Shown here: in pieces, positions 32,380 to 43,067 of the stretch
Position numbering within the stretch: position 1 is the stretch's first letter
How the letters are laid out: each line of letters opens with the position of its first letter
Source of the DNA: an uncultured Gammaproteobacteria bacterium
Lineage (GTDB): Bacteria; Pseudomonadota; Gammaproteobacteria; CAWCPV01
DNA length: 64,000 nucleotides
Direction: 5' to 3'
Assembly: GCA_963797555.1 (NCBI GenBank)
Contig: CAWCPV010000007.1
Coordinates: 555,546 to 619,545, forward strand
The notes under the pieces: model-generated
Told to the model about the DNA's origin: nothing
Seen by the model: only the letters and a program-made list of their open reading frames with translations
Databases searched by the model: none
Translations under genes and position numbers: made by a program

Positions 32380-32477
32380 TTAGGGTAAGTCGGCCTCCGT
32401 CCACGGAGACGCGGAACAACGAAAGAAATCCTGATATTCTTAGCAGACGAGGCTGCCTTCAAATCGGAGGCGAAGAC

Positions 32478-32537
32478 ATGCAACCCGCGAGCGTGAAGAA
32501 GGCGGCTCACAAACTCATTGACGAGCTGCCAGACGAC
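32478..32537 (+). pseudogene. N-terminus of a ParD-like antitoxin, interrupted by IS3
   Basis: RBS GGAGG; MQPASVKKAAHKLIDELPDD; C-terminus resumes at 36345. Confidence 0.7.
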
Positions 32538-33311
32538 TGATGTGGCTCCGATTCTCTGAACAGAGGAATCGATTTTGTAGATGGTGAACCGCGGGTGCAG
32601 AGTTATCCACGGGGCCGCCGCCCGCCCTTCTCAGGCGGGAGGCGAGCGGCCCGGTGGGTAACTCGCGTTCAGGCTGCGAGCTTTTCGTCTTGCTGCCCAT
32701 AATACACGGCGTCCGGTGTCTGGTCTCCTAGCCCTTGATGCCGGCGTCGTTGATTGTAGAAAGTGAAGTACCGGCCGAGTTGGCGCTTGGCGTCCAGGAT
32801 CGACTCGTACGCCTTCAGATACACTTCTTCGTACTTCACGCTGCGCCACAGCCTCTCGACAAAAACGTTATCTATCCAGCGCCCGCGTCCGTCCATACTG
32901 ATGCGGATGTCATGAGCCAGGAGCGCGCTCGTGAAATCCTTGTCGGTGAACTGGCTGCCCTGGTCGGTATTGAAGATCTCGGGGCGTCCGTGGAGCATGA
33001 GCGCCTCTTCCAGCGCCTCCATACAGAAGGAGGTGTCCATGCAGTTGGAAAGCCGCCAGGCCAGCACCCGGCGCGAGCACCAATCGATGATCGCCACCAG
33101 ATAGGCAAAGCCCTTGGCCAGGGGAATGTACGTGATGTCCGTAGCCCAGACCTGGTTGGGTCGGGTGACCACTACATCACGCTAGCCAAGTAGGGCCATA
33201 CCTTGTGGCCGGGGTGCGCATCCGAGAGCCGCGGCGATGTCTGACGTCAATTACTCTGTCCGGTTGACGACAACTAGAATGGCCGCTCTGTAGTGTAGGC
33301 GGTAGTTGTCG

Positions 33312-34076
33312 TCAGCTCTTGTTCGATACCTCCTGGTTGCGGGTTGCTTGGCGCTTTCGGTAGCTCTGCCCGTTGAGCTCGATGATGTGGGCATGGTGGA
33401 CGAGCCGGTCGATGGCGGCGACGGCCATCATGTTGTCGGGGAAGATCGCATCCCACTCGCTGAAGGGGTGGTTGCTGGTGATCAGGAGACTGCCGCTCTC
33501 GTAGCGGTGGGCGATGAGCTCGAAGAGCACGGAGCTTTCCATCTCGGTGCGCTTGACGTAGCCGATGTCATCGAGGACGAGCAGCGGGTACTTGTCGAGC
33601 TTGGCGAGCGCATCGCTGAGCCTGAGGGCCTGTTTGGCGGTTTGAAGCTCCTGGACGAGGCTGGTTGCCGAGGCGAAACGCACCCGCACCCCTTGGCTGA
33701 TGAGCCCGTGCCCAATGGCTGCGGCGAGATGGGTTTTGCCGACGCCGGAGGGCCCGAAGAGCAGGAGGTTGTCGGTGCGCTCGACCCAGGTGGCATCCTC
33801 GGCGAGCTGCACGATCTGCTGGCGGTTCAGCCCGGCGCTGGCCGTGAAGTCGAAGTGCTGGAGCGTCTTGCCCGCGGGCAGGCGGGCATCGTTGAGGTGG
33901 CGCTCCAGGCGCCGCCGCTCGCGTTCGGCGAGCTCGTGCTCGCAGAGCGCGGCGAGATAGTCGGCGAGGCTCCAGTGGTGCTCGAGGGCCCGGGTTTGCA
34001 GCGGTTGATACAGCCGTGCCATGGTCGGCAGGCGCAGCTCCCTGAGCAGCAGGGGCAAGGTGGCGGCGTTAGCCAT
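33312..34076 (-). CDS. istB: IS21 helper ATPase IstB
   Basis: GPSGVGKTHLA, LVLDDIGY, ITSN, DRLVHHA. Confidence 0.95.
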   Translation of the reverse strand: MANAATLPLLLRELRLPTMARLYQPLQTRALEHHWSLADYLAALCEHELAERERRRLERHLNDARLPAGKTLQHFDFTASAGLNRQQIVQLAEDATWVERTDNLLLFGPSGVGKTHLAAAIGHGLISQGVRVRFASATSLVQELQTAKQALRLSDALAKLDKYPLLVLDDIGYVKRTEMESSVLFELIAHRYESGSLLITSNHPFSEWDAIFPDNMMAVAAIDRLVHHAHIIELNGQSYRKRQATRNQEVSNKS

Positions 34077-35598
34077 GGCACACCTCCTCGGCGGCACTGC
34101 GGTGGGTGGCGGGCAGGAGCGCGTCATAGTCGGCCAGCGGGTGCTGAGCAGTGGCGCCGAGAGGGAGCGTCGCGGGGGCTGGCGGTGCGAAGCGTTGTTG
34201 CAGGGCGCTGAGCGTGGGCGATAGGCCTCGCTCCAGGGCGGCCAGCCAGTGGGTCCCCAGGGCCTCCTGGCACTCGTGCTCGGCGGCGAGCTTGAGTGCG
34301 CCGACCATGCGCTTGCAGGCGTCGGCGGGCGCAAGGGTAGCGTCCAGATGCTGCCAGATACGCTGATAGGTGGCATCCGGAAGCAGGGCGTCGCGGTACT
34401 GGAGCCGATAGAAGGCGCGGGGCTTCTTCACCAGCCATCCCACGAGATGGCGATAGTCGATGCGGCTCGCCCGGCGCTTGCCCGGGGCCGGGTAGACCCG
34501 CGGGAGGATGAGCAGGGCCTCGGTGCCGAGGAACAGCTCCAGGCGGGCGTCATAGAGGTGCACCCGCAGGCGCTCGCCGATGAGCCGCGCGGGGACCGAG
34601 TAGACCACCAAGCGCACGGTGATGGTGCTGGCGGTGGTGACCTTCACCCACAGCTCGGTGTAGTCGGCCGCGAAGGTCACCGGCAGGGGCCGCAGATGGG
34701 GGCGCTCGGCCTCGATGGCGGTGGCGTTACGCCGGTTGACGGCGGCGGTGACGGTGTCGAGAAAGTCCTGGTAGGACGCCACCGAGGGGAACTCGGCACT
34801 GCCCCGGGCCAGAAGGCGCTGCACGATACGGCGCTTCAAATGCCCGTGGGGTGACTCGATGCTGCCGTTCTCGTGGCAGGCCCCGGGGTTGTTGCGCGTC
34901 GGCCTCATCCCATAATGGGCGCAGAGCGCCGCGTAGCGCGCCGCAAGGTCGTGCTGGGCCTCAGCCGAGAGGTTCTTGAACGCCGCCGAGAGGCTGTCAG
35001 TGCGGTGCTCGGCCGGTGCACCGCCCAGGCGCAGCAGCGCCTGGCTGAGCCCCTCGGCGAGCGCCGTGAAGCTCTCCCCGCCCAGCACCACCCGCACCGT
35101 GCACCAGCCGCTGTAGGCCAGGCGGAAATGGTAGAGGCGGTGGGCGAGCGGCTCGCCGGCGATGGTGACGGTGACGTCCTTGAGCACGGTGAAATCCGAC
35201 AAACCCCGCAGTCCCGGGACCTGCTGCTGTGGGAACATCACCTCCTTCTCGGGTCCATGCGCCGCCCGCCAGGCCTTCACCCGGCGCTGCAAGGTGCGCA
35301 ATAGCTTGTCCGGGTACTGGCCCGGATGGCGCTCCTGGAGCCCTTCCAAGAGCGTCAGCGCGTGCAGTGCCGGGGTGTGCTCAAGCAGTGGGACCAGCTC
35401 GCTGTCCCACACGGTGTCAAAGGGGTCGCGGCGCGTTCGATACCGCCGCGCGCCCCGCGGTGCTCGACGCTCGTCCCGCTCGTCAAGACGGCGCGCCGTG
35501 CGCTCCGAGAAACCCGCCTTGGCGGCGGCGGTTACTTGGTTCTTACCTGCGGTTCTCTGTGACATATAGACCTTGACCTGTTGCGGTGTGACGGCCAT
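34069..35598 (-). CDS. istA: IS21 transposase IstA
   Basis: RTLQRRV, SDFT, HRTDSLSAA, HENGSIESPHG DDE motifs. Confidence 0.95.
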   Translation of the reverse strand: MAVTPQQVKVYMSQRTAGKNQVTAAAKAGFSERTARRLDERDERRAPRGARRYRTRRDPFDTVWDSELVPLLEHTPALHALTLLEGLQERHPGQYPDKLLRTLQRRVKAWRAAHGPEKEVMFPQQQVPGLRGLSDFTVLKDVTVTIAGEPLAHRLYHFRLAYSGWCTVRVVLGGESFTALAEGLSQALLRLGGAPAEHRTDSLSAAFKNLSAEAQHDLAARYAALCAHYGMRPTRNNPGACHENGSIESPHGHLKRRIVQRLLARGSAEFPSVASYQDFLDTVTAAVNRRNATAIEAERPHLRPLPVTFAADYTELWVKVTTASTITVRLVVYSVPARLIGERLRVHLYDARLELFLGTEALLILPRVYPAPGKRRASRIDYRHLVGWLVKKPRAFYRLQYRDALLPDATYQRIWQHLDATLAPADACKRMVGALKLAAEHECQEALGTHWLAALERGLSPTLSALQQRFAPPAPATLPLGATAQHPLADYDALLPATHRSAAEEVCHG

Positions 35599-35959
35599 CC
35601 CTCCCCCCGAAGCATCGGATGTCAGAACGCCGCCAGTGTGGCCGATCAACCGGACAAAGTAGTTGTCGCCAACCGGTCAACGTAATTGTCGCTCTATAGC
35701 TTGCGGTACAACGCCTCGATTCCCATCTTGTCCCTCAATGTCTGGACGTGGCGCCGGCCGACCTCGAAGCCCTCGTCGCGCAACGCCCCGCGCATGCGCC
35801 GGCTGCCATAGAACGGGTGCTTTAGGTGCAGCTCGTCGATTGCCCGCATCAGCGCCAGATCCCGCGCCGACACCGCCACCGCCCGGTAGTACTGGGATGA
35901 GCGCGAGAGCCCCAGGAGCTGGCACTGCCGCGTCAGCGGCAATTCGGCCACCTTGTCGA

Positions 35960-36256
35960 TCATCGCTTTGTCGCATCGCCGATGCGACCGAGCGCGACGG
36001 ACAAAAAATCGTTCTCCAGCGTCAGCTGCCCGATCTTCGCCTGCATGTCCTTCACCGACGGCCCCGATTCGGACTTGCGTTCCCGCTCGAACACCTCGTC
36101 AGCGCGGCTCTGCAACTGCTGCTTCCACGCCAGGATCTGACTCTGATGAACCTGAAACTGCGCCGATAACTCCGCCAAGGTCTTGTCGCCCTTGATCGCC
36201 GCCAGTGCCACCCTTGCCTTGAATCCCGCTCCATGATTGCGCCTCTTGCCACTCAT
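35960..36256 (-). CDS. IS3 transposase OrfA
   Basis: FKARVALAAI..TLAELS..FQVH..QILAWK; KIGQLTLENDFL. Confidence 0.9.
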   Translation of the reverse strand: MSGKRRNHGAGFKARVALAAIKGDKTLAELSAQFQVHQSQILAWKQQLQSRADEVFERERKSESGPSVKDMQAKIGQLTLENDFLSVALGRIGDATKR

Positions 36257-36344
36257 TTGCCGCTCCTCTCAATAGCATCGCCATGATAAAGCGGTTCATC
36301 CCCTACCACTTATCCCGCCGTACAGATTTCCGGAGCCAGCTCTG

Positions 36345-36407
36345 AGCGAGGAGGGCGATGTCGTCGATACCAGGACGGTACGGATGGAACTCGGCCTGCC
36401 TGAATGA
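36345..36407 (+). pseudogene. C-terminus of the ParD-like antitoxin
   Basis: SEEGDVVDTRTVRMELGLPE*; its stop overlaps the toxin ATG (ATGA). Confidence 0.65.
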
Positions 36408-38358
36408 AGCTGCGATGGACGCCGCACTCGCGCGCTGATCTACGGGCCATCCACTCCTACATCGCACGGGATTCCCCCGCTAATGCGACCCGTATGCTCG
36501 ACCGGTTGATCCGCCGGGCCGAGCAGGTCATAGAGTTTCCCTTCTCGGGGCGAGTGGTTCTTGAGTTCCAGCAGGCAGATATCCGCGAGGTTATCGAGCC
36601 GCCATATCGCATCACCTGGATCCGTGACTTCGAGTTCTGGGCATCCGGGGCACGGGATAATGGGAGGTATTCTCAGTTGAGTTGGTTAGTGTTTAGCCAA
36701 CTGGCGACATCGGCTGTGCACAGCAGGCGTGGAACCTGGTCGGCGCAGGAGTGATGGCGGGGCTTTGACCTTTTGGCGCTGAATTTCAGGCATAGGTTTA
36801 CACCGGGGCCTGGTGAGGCCCGGGTCGAGTTTCTAGGGATGTCGTCCTAGCTACCCGAAGGCGAGCTGGTAATACAGCTGTTCGAAGGCGCGAAAGCCGG
36901 GACAGAGCCGCCGGCCGGTGGCCGCCAGCCGGGCGGCGAGGTACATCAGCTCCTGGAGGACGGTCTTGAGCCGCCTGCGCTTGGCTGGATGGCGAAGAGG
37001 AGCCGCCTCGCCGGTCAGCCCGATAAGTCCGATGAAGCGCAGGATGTTGTAGGCGAACACGGCAAAGGCGAGCACCAGGTCATTGGTGTCGAATTTCCCG
37101 GAGGGCAGCCGTTCGATATCGAGGTCGGTCTTGAACTCGGCTCGTGGAACTGCTCGGAGGTGCCGTGGTCCCGGTACAGGGCGACGATCTCCTCGTCCGG
37201 ATAGGCCAGGGAGGTCCACCAGCCCTCGATCTCAAGCTCCGGCACCAGCAGTGCCTGGCCCCTCTTGTCGATGGTGCGCTCGGTCACCCGCATCACCCGG
37301 CGAACGTGGTAGGTGTGCTCCCGATGGAGGTGCTCCTCGATGACGCTGAACAGCGCCACGCGCTTGCCGGGGCGCGGGGTCTCCCATACCCCTTGGCGCT
37401 CGGCGCGCTCCAGCCACTCGCCAGGGTCCTCGCCCCGGGGGTTCCCCTTGATAATGAAGTCCACCTCCTCTTCGAGGTAGCGCAGCCGGTTCTCCAAGGC
37501 GTCATGGGCGCTGTCCTGGCGTACCAGCAGCGGCAGTTTGGTCAGCCGCCGGGCCCGCGGCAAAATACGCTCCCAGACGTAGCGGAATTCCTTCTGGGAG
37601 TGCTGTTTGCCTTCACGCAGCTCACAGGCCAGCCCCCAGCCTTCGGTTCCCAGATAGGCGGCGATCGGCGCATAACCGTCATAGCCGTGGTAGGTGCGCG
37701 AGACCCCTTCTTTCTTGGTCCCGGAGTTGTTCATGGGAAACACATCGATGTCGAGCGGCACATGGCCGGTCTTGAGCGGGCTCACCGGCACTTTGGCGTT
37801 GACCATGAACTCGATATCGGCCTCGTCGATGACCTCCCGCATGAGCGCTGCGTGCTCATCGAGGCGCTGCCTCAAGGTTTCCGCCGAAGGCACCCGCTCC
37901 AGCCCCAGCGCCTGGCGGAAAAAATCGTCCCCTCGGACGTTGGCGACCGCCTCGAAGTCGCTCTTGCCCAAACACATCAACCCCAGATAGCTCCTGGCTA
38001 TGTCTTCATGGGAAATGCCGTGGCGTAGCGGGATGGCCTGCTTGAGCGCCTTGCCCAGGCCGCTGAAGCGGTTTACGCAAAGACCCACCAGAGCCAGACC
38101 GGAATGGGAGGTGTAGAACTCTTCGTCGGACTGCTCCAGGATGAACCGCTTCATCGTTCACCTGCCGGGTGAGTGGGCGTGCGGGCCGATTTTACCCGAA
38201 CTGCCACGATAAATCAGCAGGTTGCAGCCATCCGCTAAGACGCGAAGTCACGGAATCAGGGCATCATCTACCGTGTCCTTTCGGACCGCATCGATGTCCT
38301 GACCGTGATGCACGGTGCGCAGATACTGCGCGAGATTCCGGAGCTCGGTGCCCCTTAA
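36404..38358 (+). pseudogene. RelE/ParE-family toxin interrupted by IS1380
   Basis: Removing the IS and one GCATCA restores MKLRWT..EPPYRIIYRVLSDRIDVLTVMHGAQILREIPELGAP*. Confidence 0.9.
36615..38260 (-). mobile_element. IS1380-family element with a 6-bp target duplication; transposase 36851-38154 frameshifted near 37140
   Basis: IRs CCTGGATCCGTGACTTCG / CCTGATTCCGTGACTTCG(rc), 16/18; GCATCA at 36609-14 and 38261-66; PSAETLRQR, DIDV..KEG, SEQFH..KTDLD motifs. Confidence 0.92.
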
Positions 38359-38772
38359 GTCATCCGCCAGTCGCTCGCTCGTGCAGGGCGCTTTGGATCC
38401 CGAGACCTCGCCCTGTGACGCCAGCGGCTCATTTCCTATTAGTCCAGCCAGCTACCACAGGAATCAGGTGATCCGCTGAATTCAAGTTCATCGAGATCGC
38501 CAAGGCTCATTCCACCGCCGAGGGCTATATGTCGGTTCCCTGCGGCGACGGCTGAGGGTCGGTCTCGATCGAGCCTTACCGGCAGGGTATACCTCGATCG
38601 GTCGCGATTTACGGGACCCGGCTGACTGTCCTGGTCTGTTCGCGACCGCCACGCGACAAGCGCCGCGGGCAATGGACTCTAAAATGAGATGAAACGCTCT
38701 TTTATTCGTCGGTGAGGTGGCACTGGCCTCCTGCCTGCTCTGCTTGGACAAGCAGTCTGGTCAAGCTAACGG

Positions 38773-38845
38773 CATGAGCGAGGCGTTCGACATCGATGAG
38801 GCGAAGACCCGGCTCTCGAGTCTGGTCGCGAGGGCGGTGGCAGGC
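38773..38845 (+). pseudogene. Phd/YefM antitoxin N-terminal fragment
   Basis: MSEAFDIDEAKTRLSSLVARAVAG prevent-host-death pattern, running into a transposase remnant. Confidence 0.65.
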
Positions 38846-39190
38846 AGGTGGATCAAACAGGGCGATGCGGCCCGCATGCTGGGGCTATCGGTTCGGCAGG
38901 TGAAGCGCCTAGTGGGTGCGTTTCGGCAGGACGGGCAGCGGGCTTAGGTAGAGCAAGCGCCGGGGCCGCCGATCCCATCGGCGCATCCCGGAGCAGGAGA
39001 GGGCCGGGGCCGCGCAGCGCGTGCTGGGGAGCCTCGACATCGCCTCCATCCAGGCCCTCTCCCCACAGGCTAACGGGCGGGTGGAGCGGCTGTTCCAGAC
39101 CCTTCAGGACCGCTTGGATACAAGGCCCTACGGGTGGCGCACATCCAGGACATCGACGCCGCCAACGTGTTCTTCGACACCTACCTCGAG
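38846..39190 (+). mobile_element. Degenerate ISNCY/IS481-like transposase remnants
   Basis: AARMLGLSVRQVKRL HTH and SPQANGRVERLFQTLQDRL. Confidence 0.65.
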
Positions 39191-39295
39191 CTCTCGCCTC
39201 AAAGGGACATCTCTACTTTGCAGAAGAAGCGAGCGACGTCCAAGAGCGCAGACAGGCGTTAAACTGCGCCCTGAAGTCCACGATGGGAGGGTGCC

Positions 39296-40691
39296 TTGAC
39301 GCTCCGAAAGCCAAAGCGCTGGCGCGTCGCCCAACTCGTCGCCTGGCTCGCGCTAGCCTGGACCGCCCAGTGCGGCGGCGGCACTGCCGCGTCGCCCGCC
39401 TCCGAACGCAGCCTGCGCGGCTGGCTCGCGGTGCGCGGCACGGACGTGCTCGCGGCGGAGAACGCCCAGCGCCTCTTCGCGCCTGCCTCGGTCCTGAAGC
39501 TGTTGGTGGCCGCGGCGGCGCTCCACACTCTGGGTCCCGATCACCGTCGCACCACGGTCGTGGCGGCCGCGGGGCCGCTCGTCGACGGCGCACTGAAGGG
39601 GGACCTGCTGCTCCGGGGCGCGGCCGATTCCGACTTGGAGCGCGAGGTTTCACCCCGCCGATCCCCACGAGCCCCTGAAGCAGCTCGCGCGCCAGGTGCG
39701 GGACGCCGGTATCCGCAGGGTCACCGGGGATCTGGTCGTGGACGCAAGCCGCTTCCTGGGGCCGTCTCAGTCCCCCGATTACACTCTCGTCGAGCGCTCC
39801 TCGTGGTACGGGGCGCCGTGCTCGGCCGCGGCGGTGGACGAGAACGTGTTCCCGCTGCGCATGGCAGCGGGCCTGCGGGTCGGGGCGCCGGGACGGCTAT
39901 CTGCCGACATCCCGTTCTTCAACCTCACCAACCGCATCGTCACCGTCCCGGCCGGACGCAAAGGCAGCGTCGAGATGTATCCGGGCGTGGACGGCAGGAC
40001 GCTGGTCGCCCGAGGCGACTACCCGATGGACGAGCCCGCCTATACCGTGAAGGCCAGCGTTCCCGACCCGGATCTTTACGCCGGCGAAGTTTTCTTGCAG
40101 ATCCTGAGGGAAGACGGCATCGGCGTCGCCGGCCAAGTGAGGGTGGCGCACATCGCGCCCCGAGCGGTCTCCGCAAAACCGGTCGGTCGCATCCGGTCTC
40201 CGCCGCTCTCCGAGATCCTTCCGGTGATTCTTGGAGAAAGCCATAACTGGTACGCAGAGATGCTGTCACGCGTTATGGCATTCGAGGTGCGGGGCGAGGG
40301 CCGCCCCGATCTCGGCCTGGAGGTCGAGCGAACCTTCCTGCGGCAGGAAGTCGGCATCCCCGATGAAGCCTTCTTCTTGGATGACGCCTCCGCCCTGCTG
40401 GCGCCGGAGGCCGTCGTAGCCCTGCTGGAGTACGTGCTGCGCCAGCCGTGGCGCGAGGTTTTCGTCTCGGCGCTCGCCGCGCCCGGCCAGGGCACGCTCC
40501 GGCACTGGCCGCCGCTGCCGAAGCTGCGGGGCAAGAGCGGAACCCTGCGGCATACCGTCGCCCTGGCTGGGTACCTGGACGCGTCGGCCCGCACTCCCAT
40601 CGCGTTCGCGGCGTTCGTGAACCACTGGCTCGACCAACGATACGACGCCCGTACCGAGATTGCGGCGTTGCTTCGGTCCTGGTTGCGCTGA
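39296..40691 (+). CDS. dacB: D-Ala-D-Ala carboxypeptidase/endopeptidase (PBP4, peptidase S13); frameshift near 39630-39660
   Basis: FAPASVLK (SxxK), ESHN (SxN), GKSGT (KTG-like). Confidence 0.8.
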
Positions 40692-40745
40692 CAGCTTGTG
40701 AATAAGTCTATTGTGCGTCCCGACAGCAGCGCGGCGCGGTGGTCA

Positions 40746-40817
40746 TGGCGTACTTCCCTGTACGCCACCCCTGCGGGGCGTCCCGCGGACGTGCCGAATG
40801 GCTATCCTGCCATTCGG
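40746..40817. repeat. Four consecutive hairpins; REP/MITE-like structured element
   Basis: TGGCGTAC-ttccct-GTACGCCA; CCCC-tgc-GGGG; CGTCC-cgc-GGACG; CCGAATGGC-tatcct-GCCATTCGG. Confidence 0.6.
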
Positions 40818-41046
40818 TCGGCCCTCGCCTATCGACTGGATATGTCTCCTCGCTGCGCTCCGTGCGCCTCACTCTCGGGCCGGTCGCGACGATCTTCACC
40901 AGCTCTGACCGCACGGGGCTCGCAGCGGCTGTGCGACACGGCCAAGTGACGGCTCGCCCGAGTTGCCGCAAGCCCTTTGCATGAGCCGCGACGATGCTCT
41001 ACCCTGGCAGCCTCCGCGGGCATCGGACCGCTGACTTCCGGCTTCG

Positions 41047-42288
41047 ATGAGCCCATCCGACATCATCGCATCGCTCTTGACGCTGGCTGCGACGTTCAGC
41101 TACTTGAACTACCGCTACCTGCGTCTGCCGAGCACGATCGGGCTGATGCTCATCGCGTTGGTCGCGTCGACCGCGGTCGTAGCCTTGGCCAAGCTCGGGG
41201 TGGCTCCAGGGGTCGCGGACTCTGCCCGAGCGCTCGTGCATCGCATCGATTTCAGCGAGACCCTGCTCCACGGGATGCTGGGCTTCCTGCTGTTCGCGGG
41301 CGCGCTGCTCGTTGACCTGGGGGACCTGTGGCGGGAGAAATGGGCCGTGACTGTGCTCGCCACCGTAGGCGTGTTCATCTCGACCTGCGTGGTCGGCGTG
41401 CTGTCCGCCGCGCTGTTCGCCCGGCTCGGACTGCATGTGGCGTTCATTTACTGCTTGCTGTTCGGTGCGCTGATCTCGCCCACCGACCCCATCGCGGTCC
41501 TGGGTATCCTCAGGCGGGCAGGCGTGCCGCGGGACCTCGAGACCAAGATCACCGGCGAATCCCTGTTCAACAACGGAATCGGCGTCGTGGTGTTCATCGC
41601 GTTGCTCGACGTGGTGAAGACGGGGCACGGTCCGACGCTGTGGGACCCTATCCTGCTGTTCCTCAAGGAGACCTTCGGAGGTGCTCTGTTCGGAGCGGGC
41701 GCCGGCTACCTGGCGTACCGGCTGCTCAAGCAGGTAGACCAGTACCAGGTCGAGATCCTCATGACGCTCGCTCTGGCGACCGGCGGCTACGCCCTCGCCG
41801 ATGCGCTGCATCTTTCGGCTCCCATCGCCATCGTCGTGGCCGGCCTGCTCATCGGCAATCACGGCCGGGCCTTCGCTATGTCGGATACGACGCGGGAGCA
41901 TCTGGACACATTCTGGGAGCTGGTGGACGAAATGTTGAACGCGGTCCTCTTTGTGCTCATCGGCCTGGAAGTGCTGCTGGTCAGCTTCACCGGGGCCCAC
42001 GTGGCCGCCGGCCTGCTTTGCATCCCACTGGTGCTCGGCGCGCGCTTCGTGAGCGTCGGACTTCCTGTCGGGCTGCTGCGCCTTCGGCGGCAGTTCAGCC
42101 CGAACGCCGTCAAGGTGATGACCTGGGGCGGGTTGCGCGGCGGCATATCGGTGGCGATGGCTCTGTCGCTGCCGGCGACGCCCGAGCGCGCTGTTCTGTT
42201 GACGGCTACCTACGCGGTAGTGGTGTTTTCTATTCTGATCCAGGGTTTGACCGTCGGGCGGCTGTTCGCCCAAACGCGGGCGGCATGA
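41047..42288 (+). CDS. CPA1/NhaP-family Na+/H+ antiporter
   Basis: Many TM segments; FGALISPTDPIAV, GESLFN, GGLRGGISVAMALSLP. Confidence 0.92.
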   Translation: MSPSDIIASLLTLAATFSYLNYRYLRLPSTIGLMLIALVASTAVVALAKLGVAPGVADSARALVHRIDFSETLLHGMLGFLLFAGALLVDLGDLWREKWAVTVLATVGVFISTCVVGVLSAALFARLGLHVAFIYCLLFGALISPTDPIAVLGILRRAGVPRDLETKITGESLFNNGIGVVVFIALLDVVKTGHGPTLWDPILLFLKETFGGALFGAGAGYLAYRLLKQVDQYQVEILMTLALATGGYALADALHLSAPIAIVVAGLLIGNHGRAFAMSDTTREHLDTFWELVDEMLNAVLFVLIGLEVLLVSFTGAHVAAGLLCIPLVLGARFVSVGLPVGLLRLRRQFSPNAVKVMTWGGLRGGISVAMALSLPATPERAVLLTATYAVVVFSILIQGLTVGRLFAQTRAA

Positions 42289-43067
42289 GCGGCACCTTGC
42301 ACGTGTCCGTGGTGAGCCACGGTCACGGGGCGCTGCTGGGTGACCTGTTCGAGGACCTCGATCGGCATTGCGCGGGCGAGGACTTGCGGGTCACGCTGAC
42401 GCTGAATCGGCCGGAAACTCTGGGGTTCTCTTCCGGCACGTTCCGGTTCCCGCTGCGGGTGGTGCAGAACGACCGTCCCAGAGGGTTCGGCGCCAACCAC
42501 AATGCGGCTTTTGAGGGTGGCCCGACGCACGATCACGCGGCGCTGTTCTGCGTCCTGAACCCGGATGTGCGGCTGCCCTGCAATCCCTTCCAGCCCCTTC
42601 GGGAGATGCTGGACAGCGACCCTCGCGTGGGGGTAGCGGCGCCATTGGTCAAGAGCCCCGACGGCCATCCGGAAGACAGCGCGCGCCGCCTTCCGACGCC
42701 TTTTTCCATCGCGGCCAAAGCCATGGGTCGAGGCTGGGGGGCGCAGTACCGCTTCCACGGCACCCCACTCCCGGTGCAATGGGTGGCCGGCATCTTCATG
42801 CTGTTCCCGAGCGGTGTGTTTCGCTCGACGGCGGGCTTCGACGACCGCTATCACCTTTACTACGAGGACGTGGACATTTGCTGCCGCTTGCGGCTGGCCG
42901 GCTACGCAGTGATGGTTCACCCGGGCGCGTCGGTGGTGCATCACGCTCGAAGAGCCAGCCACGGCGACTGGGAGCACAGACGCTGGCATCTCGCCAGCAT
43001 GGCCAGGTTCTTCAGCTCCCGCGTGTTCCTGCGCTGCTGGTGGCGCTTTCGAAGGGGCGGCGCCTAG
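42285..43067 (+). CDS. Family 2 glycosyltransferase (WbbL-like)
   Basis: VSVVSHGHG, GFGANHN, LNPDV, GFDDRYHLYYEDVDIC. Confidence 0.88.
   Translation: MSGTLHVSVVSHGHGALLGDLFEDLDRHCAGEDLRVTLTLNRPETLGFSSGTFRFPLRVVQNDRPRGFGANHNAAFEGGPTHDHAALFCVLNPDVRLPCNPFQPLREMLDSDPRVGVAAPLVKSPDGHPEDSARRLPTPFSIAAKAMGRGWGAQYRFHGTPLPVQWVAGIFMLFPSGVFRSTAGFDDRYHLYYEDVDICCRLRLAGYAVMVHPGASVVHHARRASHGDWEHRRWHLASMARFFSSRVFLRCWWRFRRGGA

Larger units (their letters stand above)
33238..35698 (-). mobile_element. IS21-family element inserted in IS3 orfB
   Basis: IRs TGTCTGACGTCAATTACTCTGTCCGGTTGACGACAACTA vs TATAGAGCGACAATTACGTTGACCGGTTGGCGACAACTA(rc); istA-istB pair. Confidence 0.92.
32538..36343 (-). mobile_element. IS3-family element carrying a nested IS21
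   Basis: Imperfect IRs TGATGTGGCTCCGATTCTCTGAACAG / AGAGCTGGCTCCGGAAATCTGTACGG(rc); orfA 35960-36256; orfB split into 35694-35963 and 32669-33237 (WATDITY, NTDQGSQF, DNVFVERLWRSVKYE). Confidence 0.9.

Noticed and set aside
36404-36754. Intact 116-aa toxin as shown in the ORF track
   Set aside because: Sequence after PPYRI is read-through into IS1380; the true C-terminus is at 38267-38358.
41328-43067. 579-aa ORF suggesting a long fusion glycosyltransferase
   Set aside because: The first ~319 codons are an alternative frame over the antiporter; the real start is 42285.
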